DNA of 28,903 nt from a candidate division WOR-3 bacterium (GCA_039801885.1 JBDRVN010000019.1:1-28903), one strand, 5' to 3'; positions 17,109 through 26,280 are shown, numbered from the stretch's first letter. Made by a program: numbers and translations. Notes: generated by a model from the sequence alone, not told the origin.

Positions 17109-18391
17109 TAAACAAAGAATTAGCAAAAGCAATTGTTCATAAACTGGGCTCCTATGGCACACCACCGGAGTTTGGTTTAGAATATTACACAGTAGGTTTA
17201 GAAAAATATTTAGAAGTTATTGAGGAAGAGTATTTTAAAGACTATTTGAAATTAAGACTATCTTCTTTTAAATTGATTGTTGGTAATTACGGTGGCGGCA
17301 AAACCCATTTCTTGTATTGTTTAAGGAAAAGGGCAATGGAAAATAGTTATCTCACCAGTTATGTGTCTCTTTCGCCAGTGGAATGTCCTTTTGATAAATT
17401 GGAACTTGTTTACAAAGTGATTGCCTTAAACTTAATGGCACCGAAAATTTCTGAAGATATAAGTTTTGACACCTTCTATTATGAAAGAGGAATAGATAAT
17501 ATTATTAAACTCTGGTATCAAAAAATAAAAGAGCAGATTTCTAAAAAAGAAGATTTTTATAGTTACTTAGAAGGATTGAGTGGTGTTGAATCAATCTCTT
17601 ATTTAAATGCCTTAAGGGGAAGTTTTGAAGCCCTCGTGAGAGAAGATTATGAAAGTTTTGAAAATTTAATCCAATATCTTAAGGGAGAAGAGATTACCAA
17701 AGATATTAGGGGAAGATATCGGATTTCTGAGAGATTAGATAAAAGCACCGCCTTCCGTTTTATCCGCTCTTTAGCCCAATGGGGACATCTTATCGGTTAT
17801 AATGGACTTATTCTATTTTTTGACGAGGCAGAAAGGGGATTGAGTATTTCCAGTTCTCGGGATAAAAGAAGGGCATTAGATAATTTAAGACAGATTATTG
17901 ATGAGTGTGGCAATGCTAGGCTTCCTGGTGTTATGTTTTTCTATGCAGTTACTGATGAAAATTTAATCTTAGAAGGTAGTGGTGGCGTTTACGAAGCATT
18001 AAAACAGAGATTAAGAAGTACCTTTACTGCTACTAATCCAACCGGAGTAAAGATTAATTTAGAGGTGATTGAGAAAAAACCACCAGAATTTTTATACGAA
18101 CTGGGCATAAGACTTGCTCGATTGTTTGAAATTGCCTATGATATTTCTTTTAATGAGAAAATTTTGAAAACAACGATTGATGTCTTATCCGAAGCCTGTC
18201 TGACAACTTTTGCTTTAGATATTAGTTTCCGAAGATTGTTTGTTTTGGGAATTATTGAAGCTTTTTTTAGATTAAAAGAAAGAAATTTCAAATCTGCTCT
18301 TACCGTCAAAGAAGCCGAAGAGATTTTAAAAACATCTTTAAAGAGGATTGAAGAGGAAAAAGAAGGCGAAATAGAAAGTGAGGAGTTTTAA
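17105..18391 (+). CDS. BrxD/DUF2791-like P-loop ATPase
   Basis: G.PP..GL...TVG N-terminal pattern, SFKLIVGNYGGGKTHFL (Walker A), GLILFFDEAE (Walker B), ALDNLRQIID and YEALKQRL. Confidence 0.85.
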   Translation: MINKELAKAIVHKLGSYGTPPEFGLEYYTVGLEKYLEVIEEEYFKDYLKLRLSSFKLIVGNYGGGKTHFLYCLRKRAMENSYLTSYVSLSPVECPFDKLELVYKVIALNLMAPKISEDISFDTFYYERGIDNIIKLWYQKIKEQISKKEDFYSYLEGLSGVESISYLNALRGSFEALVREDYESFENLIQYLKGEEITKDIRGRYRISERLDKSTAFRFIRSLAQWGHLIGYNGLILFFDEAERGLSISSSRDKRRALDNLRQIIDECGNARLPGVMFFYAVTDENLILEGSGGVYEALKQRLRSTFTATNPTGVKINLEVIEKKPPEFLYELGIRLARLFEIAYDISFNEKILKTTIDVLSEACLTTFALDISFRRLFVLGIIEAFFRLKERNFKSALTVKEAEEILKTSLKRIEEEKEGEIESEEF

Positions 18392-19701
18392 TGGAAGTCA
18401 CTAAAAGAGTTATTGTTTCTCATCCGGTTTTTGGTGAAGGAGAGGTTATCTCCTCCCGTTTAAACGGCCAGGAACTTTTTGTTCATTTTAACTCCGGTTT
18501 AAAACTCTGGGTCTTAAAGAAAAGACTTCTTTTTATTTCCGAAGTTGACCTCTTAGAAAAGAAATTTGACAAGATAAAAGCAAAAAGAATCTGCGAGGCT
18601 TTACGAATGGGAATTGTTCCTCGCCAAGATTGCGAAGATTTCACCTTTGGTCGAGAAGAAGAGGTGAATATCCTTAAAAAGATTATAAAAAAATTAAAAG
18701 AAGGAAGAGGCGATACCTGTTTAATTGAAGGTGAATACGGAAGTGGCAAAACCCATCTTTTAGAATATTTATATCACTATGCCTTAAAGGAAGGAATCTG
18801 TGTTTCTAAAATTACTTTAACCCCAGATGAAGTTTCGCCGCACCGGCCAAAAAGATTTTGGAAAGAATTTGTCTTTAATCTAAAATTTTTAAAGAACGAT
18901 CAGGAATATGGCTTTCGGGATTTATTAAGACAGGCAACAAATTTAAACCTTTATGATAATATCTTCTTCTCAAAACTTTTGCCAAAATTAAAAAATATTG
19001 ATGAAGGAAGCATAAAAAGTGAAGTCTTGTGGCAATGGTTGGAAGGCGAAAGTACAAAAGAATATGCCATCTATCTCACTGATAAATTCCGGATAAAAGG
19101 CGGGATAAGAATTCCGGCTTTATATGATTTTTCTACTGCCAGTGATTTTTATTGCTATCTTATCTCTTCTCTTTCCTATATTGCTCATCAATTAAATCTT
19201 TATGGAATTTTGTTATTAATTGATGAAGCAGAAACAGTTGCCCATTTATGGCATTTCCAAGACTTTCTAAAAGGATTAAATTTTCTATACGGACTTATTC
19301 GGGTATGTGATAATGATTCGGAATTGAAAAAGATTGATAGCCAAATGATTCATAATAAAATGAAGCCAACACCTTATATTTATAAAGATGCTTATCTAAG
19401 TATGGTAATGGCCACTACTCCTTTAACTTATAAATACGAATATTCACGATTAACTACTTTATTTAAAAGCAAACTAACCTTAAAAAATCTAAAAATAAAA
19501 GACCTCTACGAATGTTTTTATACCCTTTATAATATCTATAAAACTTGTTATTCCCATTTTCAACTGTCTGAAAGGGAACAGCGAAGAATCTTAGAAGAAG
19601 GGGTTGAAAGAAGTTTAGGAATTAGGGATTTTTTAAAATTCATTGTTGAAGTCTTTGATATTTATCGGCACACAAGTTCATTAGTATTTATAAATAAATA
19701 A
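18391..19701 (+). CDS. BrxD/DUF2791-like P-loop ATPase with N-terminal Tudor/SH3-like domain
   Basis: N-terminal VSHPVFGEGEVI...LFVHF, then EALRMGIVP...FGREEE, IEGEYGSGKTHLL (Walker A) and LLLIDEAE (Walker B). Confidence 0.82.
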   Translation: MEVTKRVIVSHPVFGEGEVISSRLNGQELFVHFNSGLKLWVLKKRLLFISEVDLLEKKFDKIKAKRICEALRMGIVPRQDCEDFTFGREEEVNILKKIIKKLKEGRGDTCLIEGEYGSGKTHLLEYLYHYALKEGICVSKITLTPDEVSPHRPKRFWKEFVFNLKFLKNDQEYGFRDLLRQATNLNLYDNIFFSKLLPKLKNIDEGSIKSEVLWQWLEGESTKEYAIYLTDKFRIKGGIRIPALYDFSTASDFYCYLISSLSYIAHQLNLYGILLLIDEAETVAHLWHFQDFLKGLNFLYGLIRVCDNDSELKKIDSQMIHNKMKPTPYIYKDAYLSMVMATTPLTYKYEYSRLTTLFKSKLTLKNLKIKDLYECFYTLYNIYKTCYSHFQLSEREQRRILEEGVERSLGIRDFLKFIVEVFDIYRHTSSLVFINK

Positions 19702-20726
19702 TGGGAAGTGTTAAAGATTTAATAATTATAAAAGAGACAAAAGAAAACCAATCAGGAATTGGTCGTTTTATCTTTTCTGATAGATATTCGGTTTTTGACT
19801 GGGGAGAAATGCCCGATAAGATTAAAGACAAAGGAAAGGCAATTTGTTTGGTGGCTGCCTACTTCTTTGAAAGGTTAGAAGAATTAGGTATAAAAACCCA
19901 TTACTTAGGACTTCTACAAAATGGCGAGCTCAAAAAGTTAAAAGACCTCAAAGAGCCAACCAATATAATGGAGATAAAACTTCTCCGGGTATTAAAACCG
20001 GAAATCAAAAATGGTAATTACGATTATTCAATTTATAAAAAAGAAAAAGTTAATTTTCTTATACCCTTGGAAATTATTTATCGCAATTCCTTACCTGAAG
20101 GTTCATCAGTTTTTAAAAGATTAAAAGAAGGTAGTTTAAAATTAACTGACTTAGGATTGAAAGAGCCCCCCAAATTTGGACAGATCTTAGAAAATCCAAT
20201 AATTGACTTCTCAACGAAATTGGAAAAGACCGATCGATATTTAAATTTTAAAGAGGCAAAAGAAATGGTAAATCTAACTGAAGAGGAATTAGCAGAGATA
20301 AAAGAAAAAACTTTATTTTTAAATAAATTAATAAGTGAAAAAGTAGCAAAGATTGGTCTTTTTAATGAAGATGGCAAATTTGAATTTGGTTTTGATGAAG
20401 AAAGAAAAATAATTGTCATTGATGTGATTGGCACCTTGGATGAATGTCGCTTTAGTTATAAAAATATTCCAGTAAGTAAAGAGATTGCTCGAATTTATTA
20501 TAGAAAAACTGAATGGTTTAAAGAAATAGAAATAGCTAAAAAAATTGACAAAATAAGATGGAAAGAATTAATAAAAACAGAACCAGCAAATCTTCCTTCT
20601 GATTTGAAAAAATTAATAGAAAATATTTACCAAGCCTATGCCAATGAAATTACTGAAAGAAAATGGTTTGATACTCCGCCTTTAAAAGAAATTTTGGAGG
20701 ATTTAAAAAGTATTATTGAGAAATAA
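19701..20726 (+). CDS. purC: Phosphoribosylaminoimidazole-succinocarboxamide (SAICAR) synthase, long form
   Basis: GSVKDL, FSDRYSVFD, KG, GIKTHY, IPLEIIYRN..GS, DFSTK, DGKFEFG and D.IGTLDECRF. Confidence 0.93.
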   Translation: MGSVKDLIIIKETKENQSGIGRFIFSDRYSVFDWGEMPDKIKDKGKAICLVAAYFFERLEELGIKTHYLGLLQNGELKKLKDLKEPTNIMEIKLLRVLKPEIKNGNYDYSIYKKEKVNFLIPLEIIYRNSLPEGSSVFKRLKEGSLKLTDLGLKEPPKFGQILENPIIDFSTKLEKTDRYLNFKEAKEMVNLTEEELAEIKEKTLFLNKLISEKVAKIGLFNEDGKFEFGFDEERKIIVIDVIGTLDECRFSYKNIPVSKEIARIYYRKTEWFKEIEIAKKIDKIRWKELIKTEPANLPSDLKKLIENIYQAYANEITERKWFDTPPLKEILEDLKSIIEK

Positions 20727-20766
20727 ATAAAAAAGGCGGGAAAAAAAATTTTCCCGCCCTCCTTTT
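20727..20766. terminator. Intrinsic terminator between convergent purC and the large secreted-protein gene
   Basis: 10-bp stem GGCGGGAAAA(20735-44)/TTTTCCCGCC(20749-58). The A-tract on the left gives a U-tract for the minus strand, with a weaker T-tract on the right. Confidence 0.85.
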
Positions 20767-20783
20767 GAATTATTAAAAGAACT

Positions 20784-23700
20784 TTAATGGATAACCAATT
20801 TTTTAGTTACTTGATACTTATCAGTCGTAAAATTCATAATATAAACACCACAAGCAAACCTCTTTTTATCAATCATAAAGTAGCCTCTGTTAGAAGTAGC
20901 GGTATAGATAAGCTCACCCAAAGTATTATAAATATTTAAGGAAGCCTTAATATTCACTGGTAGCGTGTAAGAGATTTTCAGAAAATTTTTTGTTGAAATA
21001 ACTGTTAATAAGAAACTTTTTAGATTATTACTTTCTGCTTGAATTCCATTATTACCTGCGGGAGTATTATTAAATAATGTAAAAGAAGGTTGGTAGAACC
21101 AAAATTCATTTGTGTTATTACCGACAAAGGCAAAAAGTCCACCAGCAACGGAAGAATAAGTTAAAGCACCACCGCCTTTCACTTTCTTGGAAGGAATACC
21201 TGTCGGTTGACCAACATCTTCTCGAATCATCCAGGTATCTTTTATAAAATCATAAGCAAAGAATTCTAAGGTATTACCGCCTTTTAAAGCATAGATTAGA
21301 TTATCGTTAGGATTATAGGCACCAACACTTCCTTCCTTTGCCTTCTTTTTCTTTTTGGTTGAACCAAATAAAGGCATCTCTTTCTTTTTAACTCCTTGAC
21401 CGCTGATAGGAATCATATAAAGTTCATTAGCCTTGCCACCTACTCTTAATCCATAAATCGTATCATTAATATAGACAATCCAAGAGCCGGTCTTCCATTT
21501 ATTCGCTGGTAAAGAAGTTGGGCTACATTCTTCAAATTGTTCAGTATAAATATTAAACCGTTTCCATTCAGCATTATTAGAACCACAAATTACATAAACA
21601 AAGGAATCACCGTCAAATGTCATTGAGGAGCCTTTTATCCCTTTAGAAAAAGGAACCGAAAATTCTTTCCAAGAATCTTCTTCCGGATAATAACGCCAAA
21701 ATTCGTTAGTATTATTTCCTTTTACAATATAGAGATATTTACCATCAGTAGTAATTGCTGCTCCTTTTTTCACATTCTTTTTCTTAGGAGTAAGAGAGGA
21801 AAGAGGAACTTCGCTTTTCTTTTTCCAACTATCACCATTTATATAATAAACTATTAAATCTCTCGTATTATTTCCAATCAAAGCATAAACCTTATCACCC
21901 AAGGCACACAAGGCACCGCCACTTTTAACTGGTTTTTGAGCACCACTTACATCTCGTTTCCGATACCAACCACCAACTTGAGGAATAGAGGTAACCACTC
22001 TAAAATTACCAATAATTGAATCGTTATTCGGATCCATATCGGTAAGAGCGGTCTTGATAGTTGTTTTAAATTCACCAGTATCATTACAATTATAAGAGCG
22101 GAAATTTAACACTACTTCTTGCGAGGGTTCTACCGTTTGATAGATTGAATCAATATAAACCAAATTATTATCTTTATTATAAATCCTAAAGAATGTCCAG
22201 AAAGAGACTGTAAACTCACCAAAGTTTTTAACTTTACCCGAAACTGGTTTTGTTGTGCCAACTTGAATTATGCCCGTTGGCGAAAGAATCTCGGTAGCAC
22301 CAACGTCTAATTGACCACCCCAGAAAATACCGTCAACATAATCATTTTCTGAATTCATATCGTCATCAGTTGTTGTCCGAAAATAGATTTCGTGAATCCC
22401 CAAAGAAATTATAATTGTGTCAAAAGTAATAGTTATCTCTTCGTAAGGCTCAAGATGTTCAACAGTTATTTCGCGGATATATCCTAAAGTAGGAATTGAA
22501 CATTTCACCGGAACATTATCCTCATCTAAATTTCCGTAGTTCTTCAATTTACATTTTGGTTCGATCTCCGTTCCCACTGGATAACCACCAACCGGTTGGA
22601 TAATCTGAGAAATACCAACATCTTTCCAATAGATAAAAATATTTTGGGTTAAAGTATCATTAGTATGATTTTGGTCCTGTTCGTAAAAAACAAATCCTCT
22701 TACACTAAATTGACCAACAGTATCGGATAACCAATCAGGATAAATTAAGGTAGTCTCATGTTCTGGTGGTAAATAACCCACAAATGCTTCTTCTTCATAA
22801 ACCAAATTTCCTTCGGAATTATAAATTTGGAAATAGGCAGGAAAATTTTCGCAAGGATAATTGCCATAATTTTTCACTTTTATTATCGGTGTAATTGTCT
22901 GTTTGGGAATTGTATCAACCGGTGAGATAATTTCTAACACACAGACATCATAATCATAGGTAATTGCTTTTGCAAATTTTAAAATGAAAGCATCACGGGT
23001 AGCTTGATTATTTAAAGTATCTTGGTAATAAACATTTCCACCGGGATTTAAAGTTGGAAAATTTGTTGACATAGTTTGACCGGTAACAAAGAAATTACCT
23101 GAATCATCAACAGCAACCGACCAGCCAATATCTTCACTGCCTCCGCCATAAAAAGTTGCCCATTGACGAATACAATTATCGGTAAATTTTAAAAGAAATA
23201 TATCCTGACCTCCGTTAAATGTGCTGTCATAATAAGCACCAAGACCAGCATTATAAGTTGGAAAATCCGTTGATTGAGTATAACCTGTAATATAGATATT
23301 TCCTGAATAATCAGCATCAATTGCGTAACCATAATCGTGGTCATCTCCACCATACAAAGTTGCCCACTGCCTAACACCACTATTATTAAATTTTAATATA
23401 AACGCATCTCTCGCACCACGAAGTGTTCCTTGAAAGTAAGCTCCAGGATTTGAAGATTGTTGAAGAGGGAAATTAGTAGATGTTGTATGACCAGTTATAA
23501 AAACATTTCCCAAGGTATCAAAAGTAATGGAACGACCTTCTTCATTGGCAATATCACCGTAATAGGTTGCCCAAATTCTTGCTCCATTATTAGCAAATTT
23601 CAAAATAAACGCATCGTTGTATCCAGCATTGGAACTTTGATAATAGGCACCACCGCCGGGGTCTTGGAGTGGGAAATTGGGTGATGCGGTATAACCAGTA

Positions 23701-25157
23701 AGAAAAATATTTCCCAAATTATCAGCAGAAATTGAATATCCGCAATCATCGCCATTTCCACCATAATAAGTTGCCCATTGCCTTACACCACTATTATTAA
23801 ATTTTAATATAAATAAGTCAACTCCACCTGCTCTTGAACCTTGATAATAAGCACCACCGCCAGGATTATAAGTTGGAAAATTATCGGCACGTGTGGCTCC
23901 GGTAACAAAAACATTGTTTGAATCATCGACAGCAATTGAATATCCGTCGTCATGATGGGGACCGCCATAATAAGTTGCCCAAAGCCTTTGACCATTATTG
24001 TTGAATTTCAATATAAAAGCATCTCGGTGAGAAGAGGGTCTTGAACCTTGATAATAAGCACCACCGCCAGGATTATAAGTTGGAAAATTATCGGAAGTAG
24101 TAATTCCAGTAATAAAAACATTGCCTAAATTGTCAACAGCAATTGAATAACCTTCTTCACCACCGCTTCCGCCATAATAAGTTGCCCAAAGCCTTTGACC
24201 ATTATTGTTGAATTTCAATATAAATAAATCATTAGCACCGCCTATTGTTCCTTGATAATAAGCACCACCGCCTGGATTTTGGAGTGGAAAATTGCCAGAA
24301 TTTGTATACCCAACAACAAATACATTTCCATTATGGTCAGTAGCAATCGCCCGACCATAATCGTGGGCGCTTCCGCCATAATAAGTTGCCCAAATAAGAG
24401 AGAGTGGTGGGTCAATTATCAATTTCTCTTTTCTCTGCCAGGTTTTAACCTCAAAGGAAAGCAATCCGTCTTCCGAACGATAGAAGACATCTGTTTTTTT
24501 CTTACCTTCATAAGCAATAATCTCGCCATCCTTTATTTTACCAAGCGGTGTTTTCAAAAGAAGTTTTTTGCCGTCTCTTATTTCCCAATCCGCATATTTT
24601 ACCTTTATTTTGATATCTTCTGGATTTGCCTGGGGTGAAACTTCAAACTCATGATGAAGCACTCCGTCTTCGTATTTCCATAACCAATCAATACCAGGAT
24701 AAATATCTTTAATTCTTATTTTTTGATAGGCTTTTACAAAGTGAATTCCGTCAGAACAATGGGGTAGGTAATAATTGGTATATCCAGGAAGAACCTCTTC
24801 GTAAACGATTTTCTGTTTATCAATAGTAGCACCGATTAATTCCAAGTCAATTCGCGCATAATGTAATTTTGTTTCTTCATCAGTAGTTATTGCTTTCGTA
24901 TCTTCTGCTATCCTTTCCAAGTGATAAATTACATAACTGACGCCATCTTTTTTAATGAAAATTCCCAAGTTGTTATCTCTGGCTTTCAAAAGGACATCGT
25001 TAACCCTTTCTCCGTTAAAATCACCAACCTGACCAAGATTTTCCTCAAAACCGCGAGAAGAGAAATCCCAACCCTCCATTCTCTCTTTAAAAATAGAAGG
25101 ATTTAAAAAAGCAAAGGCTCCAATAAAGATAATTGAAATTAAAGTAATTACTCGCAT
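20784..25157 (-). CDS. Large secreted protein: N-terminal domain, 7 SBBP beta-propeller repeats, about 3 CARDB/Ig-like domains, Kelch-like propeller and T9SS-like C-terminal domain
   Basis: SD CAGGAGGTG precedes ATG 25157 (MRVITLISIIFIGAFA signal peptide). FEEN.GQ and LIIDP motifs, seven WAT.YG...D.FI/LLKF repeats, DV...I..P...KNYG modules, GNNT-containing repeats and IYNTLGE...GVY...KKLVIH. Confidence 0.9.
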   Translation of the reverse strand: MRVITLISIIFIGAFAFLNPSIFKERMEGWDFSSRGFEENLGQVGDFNGERVNDVLLKARDNNLGIFIKKDGVSYVIYHLERIAEDTKAITTDEETKLHYARIDLELIGATIDKQKIVYEEVLPGYTNYYLPHCSDGIHFVKAYQKIRIKDIYPGIDWLWKYEDGVLHHEFEVSPQANPEDIKIKVKYADWEIRDGKKLLLKTPLGKIKDGEIIAYEGKKKTDVFYRSEDGLLSFEVKTWQRKEKLIIDPPLSLIWATYYGGSAHDYGRAIATDHNGNVFVVGYTNSGNFPLQNPGGGAYYQGTIGGANDLFILKFNNNGQRLWATYYGGSGGEEGYSIAVDNLGNVFITGITTSDNFPTYNPGGGAYYQGSRPSSHRDAFILKFNNNGQRLWATYYGGPHHDDGYSIAVDDSNNVFVTGATRADNFPTYNPGGGAYYQGSRAGGVDLFILKFNNSGVRQWATYYGGNGDDCGYSISADNLGNIFLTGYTASPNFPLQDPGGGAYYQSSNAGYNDAFILKFANNGARIWATYYGDIANEEGRSITFDTLGNVFITGHTTSTNFPLQQSSNPGAYFQGTLRGARDAFILKFNNSGVRQWATLYGGDDHDYGYAIDADYSGNIYITGYTQSTDFPTYNAGLGAYYDSTFNGGQDIFLLKFTDNCIRQWATFYGGGSEDIGWSVAVDDSGNFFVTGQTMSTNFPTLNPGGNVYYQDTLNNQATRDAFILKFAKAITYDYDVCVLEIISPVDTIPKQTITPIIKVKNYGNYPCENFPAYFQIYNSEGNLVYEEEAFVGYLPPEHETTLIYPDWLSDTVGQFSVRGFVFYEQDQNHTNDTLTQNIFIYWKDVGISQIIQPVGGYPVGTEIEPKCKLKNYGNLDEDNVPVKCSIPTLGYIREITVEHLEPYEEITITFDTIIISLGIHEIYFRTTTDDDMNSENDYVDGIFWGGQLDVGATEILSPTGIIQVGTTKPVSGKVKNFGEFTVSFWTFFRIYNKDNNLVYIDSIYQTVEPSQEVVLNFRSYNCNDTGEFKTTIKTALTDMDPNNDSIIGNFRVVTSIPQVGGWYRKRDVSGAQKPVKSGGALCALGDKVYALIGNNTRDLIVYYINGDSWKKKSEVPLSSLTPKKKNVKKGAAITTDGKYLYIVKGNNTNEFWRYYPEEDSWKEFSVPFSKGIKGSSMTFDGDSFVYVICGSNNAEWKRFNIYTEQFEECSPTSLPANKWKTGSWIVYINDTIYGLRVGGKANELYMIPISGQGVKKKEMPLFGSTKKKKKAKEGSVGAYNPNDNLIYALKGGNTLEFFAYDFIKDTWMIREDVGQPTGIPSKKVKGGGALTYSSVAGGLFAFVGNNTNEFWFYQPSFTLFNNTPAGNNGIQAESNNLKSFLLTVISTKNFLKISYTLPVNIKASLNIYNTLGELIYTATSNRGYFMIDKKRFACGVYIMNFTTDKYQVTKKLVIH
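22975..24400 (-). repeat. Seven ~68-69-aa (~207-nt) intragenic SBBP repeats, boundaries approximate
   Basis: Visible in the protein. Identical 56-nt blocks at 23962-24017/24169-24224 and 23832-23887/24039-24094. Confidence 0.88.
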
Positions 25158-25267
25158 TTTCACCTCCTGCATTTTTAACCAGGGTGGAATTTTCAATTTT
25201 TAGTCAGTTACCACCCCCTTTAACTGACTAAATTCTAACTGGATTATGCCCAGTCCTCAATTAAAAT
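25158..25267 (-). promoter_or_regulatory. Structured 5' leader (candidate cis-regulatory RNA)
   Basis: Small hairpin 25238-25254 and a perfect 12-bp stem 25199-25210/25221-25232 whose loop is complementary to 25181-25187. Confidence 0.5.
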
Positions 25268-25273
25268 TAATAT

Positions 25274-25301
25274 ATTATACCAAAATTTTTAAAAAAGTCA
25301 A
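25274..25301 (-). promoter_or_regulatory. Sigma70 promoter with extended -10
   Basis: Minus strand TTGACT-N16-TATAAT, with TG-N immediately before the -10. Confidence 0.72.
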
Positions 25302-25406
25302 GTAAAATTTTAAAAAATTTTAGTAAAATTTTCTTCTTATTTTTCAATAACTTATAAAAAATAGATTTTTCAATCGTAAACTTATGGAGTAGGGGGTATA
25401 TTATAA

Positions 25407-25733
25407 TTAAGGATTACATATCTTACAAGGTTGATAGCCCTTTTTTAATGCCTCTTCTTTGGAATTAAAATAAACTTTGTTTGCGGGATTTATTTTCTTT
25501 GCCCATTGGCAATCAGATTGATGAAACTTTAAGGTTTTCGAATTACCAATATAAATTAATTTTTTCTCTGTCGGCTTTTCTTCCAAAGAAGGATTAGATA
25601 TTTCTGAAGATTTAATTTCTTCAATTTTTATTTTTAAATTCTCAATCTCTCTTTTTAAAGATACATTTTGAAAATAAATAACAACCAAAAGAAAAGTTAT
25701 TACTAAAAGTAATATTTTAATGAAATTATTCAA
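25407..25733 (-). CDS. Membrane-anchored protein with Ada-type metal-binding domain
   Basis: N-terminal TM and coiled coil, then YIGN..T.KFH..DC...........F.S.EEA.K.GY.PCK.C.P. Confidence 0.85.
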   Translation of the reverse strand: MNNFIKILLLVITFLLVVIYFQNVSLKREIENLKIKIEEIKSSEISNPSLEEKPTEKKLIYIGNSKTLKFHQSDCQWAKKINPANKVYFNSKEEALKKGYQPCKICNP

Positions 25734-26231
25734 TTAAGGTTTCTTAAATATCTTTTTTAAAGAATTATCAAAAATCTCTAAATAACCACCTCTCTCATTC
25801 ACGCCCAAAATTAAAATTTCACCACCTTCCTCATTACCAATTGTTAGATTACCATTTTCCTCTTGGTTTTCTAACGCAAAAATATCCGCCCCTTTTTTAT
25901 TAGTTATTATTATTTGTCGAGGAGAAATAGTAATCCTTTCCTGCTTTTCTCCTTTCAAATGAATCCTATTTCCTTCTAAATAGAAAATACCTTCTCCTTC
26001 TTCATTATAAATCTCTATGCCATCGGGATAAACCGCCATTCTCTCTTCTCCTTTCTCATCCATCAAAGAAAAACCGGAAGGACTGAGGCGGGCAATAATT
26101 TTCCCTTCTTCATTTTTGAAAAGAAGCCCTTCTTTTGGGATAACAATTTCGTTAACTTTTTTAGGAAAAGCTTGATAAAGAAAAATAAAACCAAAAATAA
26201 GAATTAAAAATAGAATTTCTTTTTTTATCAT
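25734..26231 (-). CDS. Hypothetical membrane-anchored beta-rich protein
   Basis: SD GGAGG, signal anchor, and repeated short units (hydrophobic-x-N/D-E-x-G) suggesting a beta-meander or solenoid. Confidence 0.75.
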   Translation of the reverse strand: MIKKEILFLILIFGFIFLYQAFPKKVNEIVIPKEGLLFKNEEGKIIARLSPSGFSLMDEKGEERMAVYPDGIEIYNEEGEGIFYLEGNRIHLKGEKQERITISPRQIIITNKKGADIFALENQEENGNLTIGNEEGGEILILGVNERGGYLEIFDNSLKKIFKKP

Positions 26232-26250
26232 AATACCTCCTTTTTTAATT

Positions 26251-26278
26251 ATTATATTTTATCTTTTAAAAAAGTCAA
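26251..26278 (-). promoter_or_regulatory. Sigma70 promoter
   Basis: Minus strand TTGACT-N16-TATAAT upstream of the SD of the 26231 gene. Confidence 0.7.
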
Positions 26279-26280
26279 TT

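Noticed and set aside
16278-19701. Calling the cassette a BREX system
   Set aside because: No pglZ, pglX, brxC or brxHI in the window, and both flanks are metabolic genes.
22975-24400. CRISPR array or DGR template/variable repeats
   Set aside because: The repeats are in-frame protein blades with ~207-nt period. There are no cas genes or reverse transcriptase, and the shared blocks are identical rather than adenine-mutated.
25301-25332. Direct repeat AGTAAAATTTT x2, 21 bp apart, upstream of the -35
   Set aside because: Could be an operator or UP element but cannot be distinguished from low-complexity AT sequence.
25407-25733. Ada DNA-repair regulator
   Set aside because: Only the small metal-binding domain on a membrane anchor is present, with no AraC HTH or methyltransferase domain.
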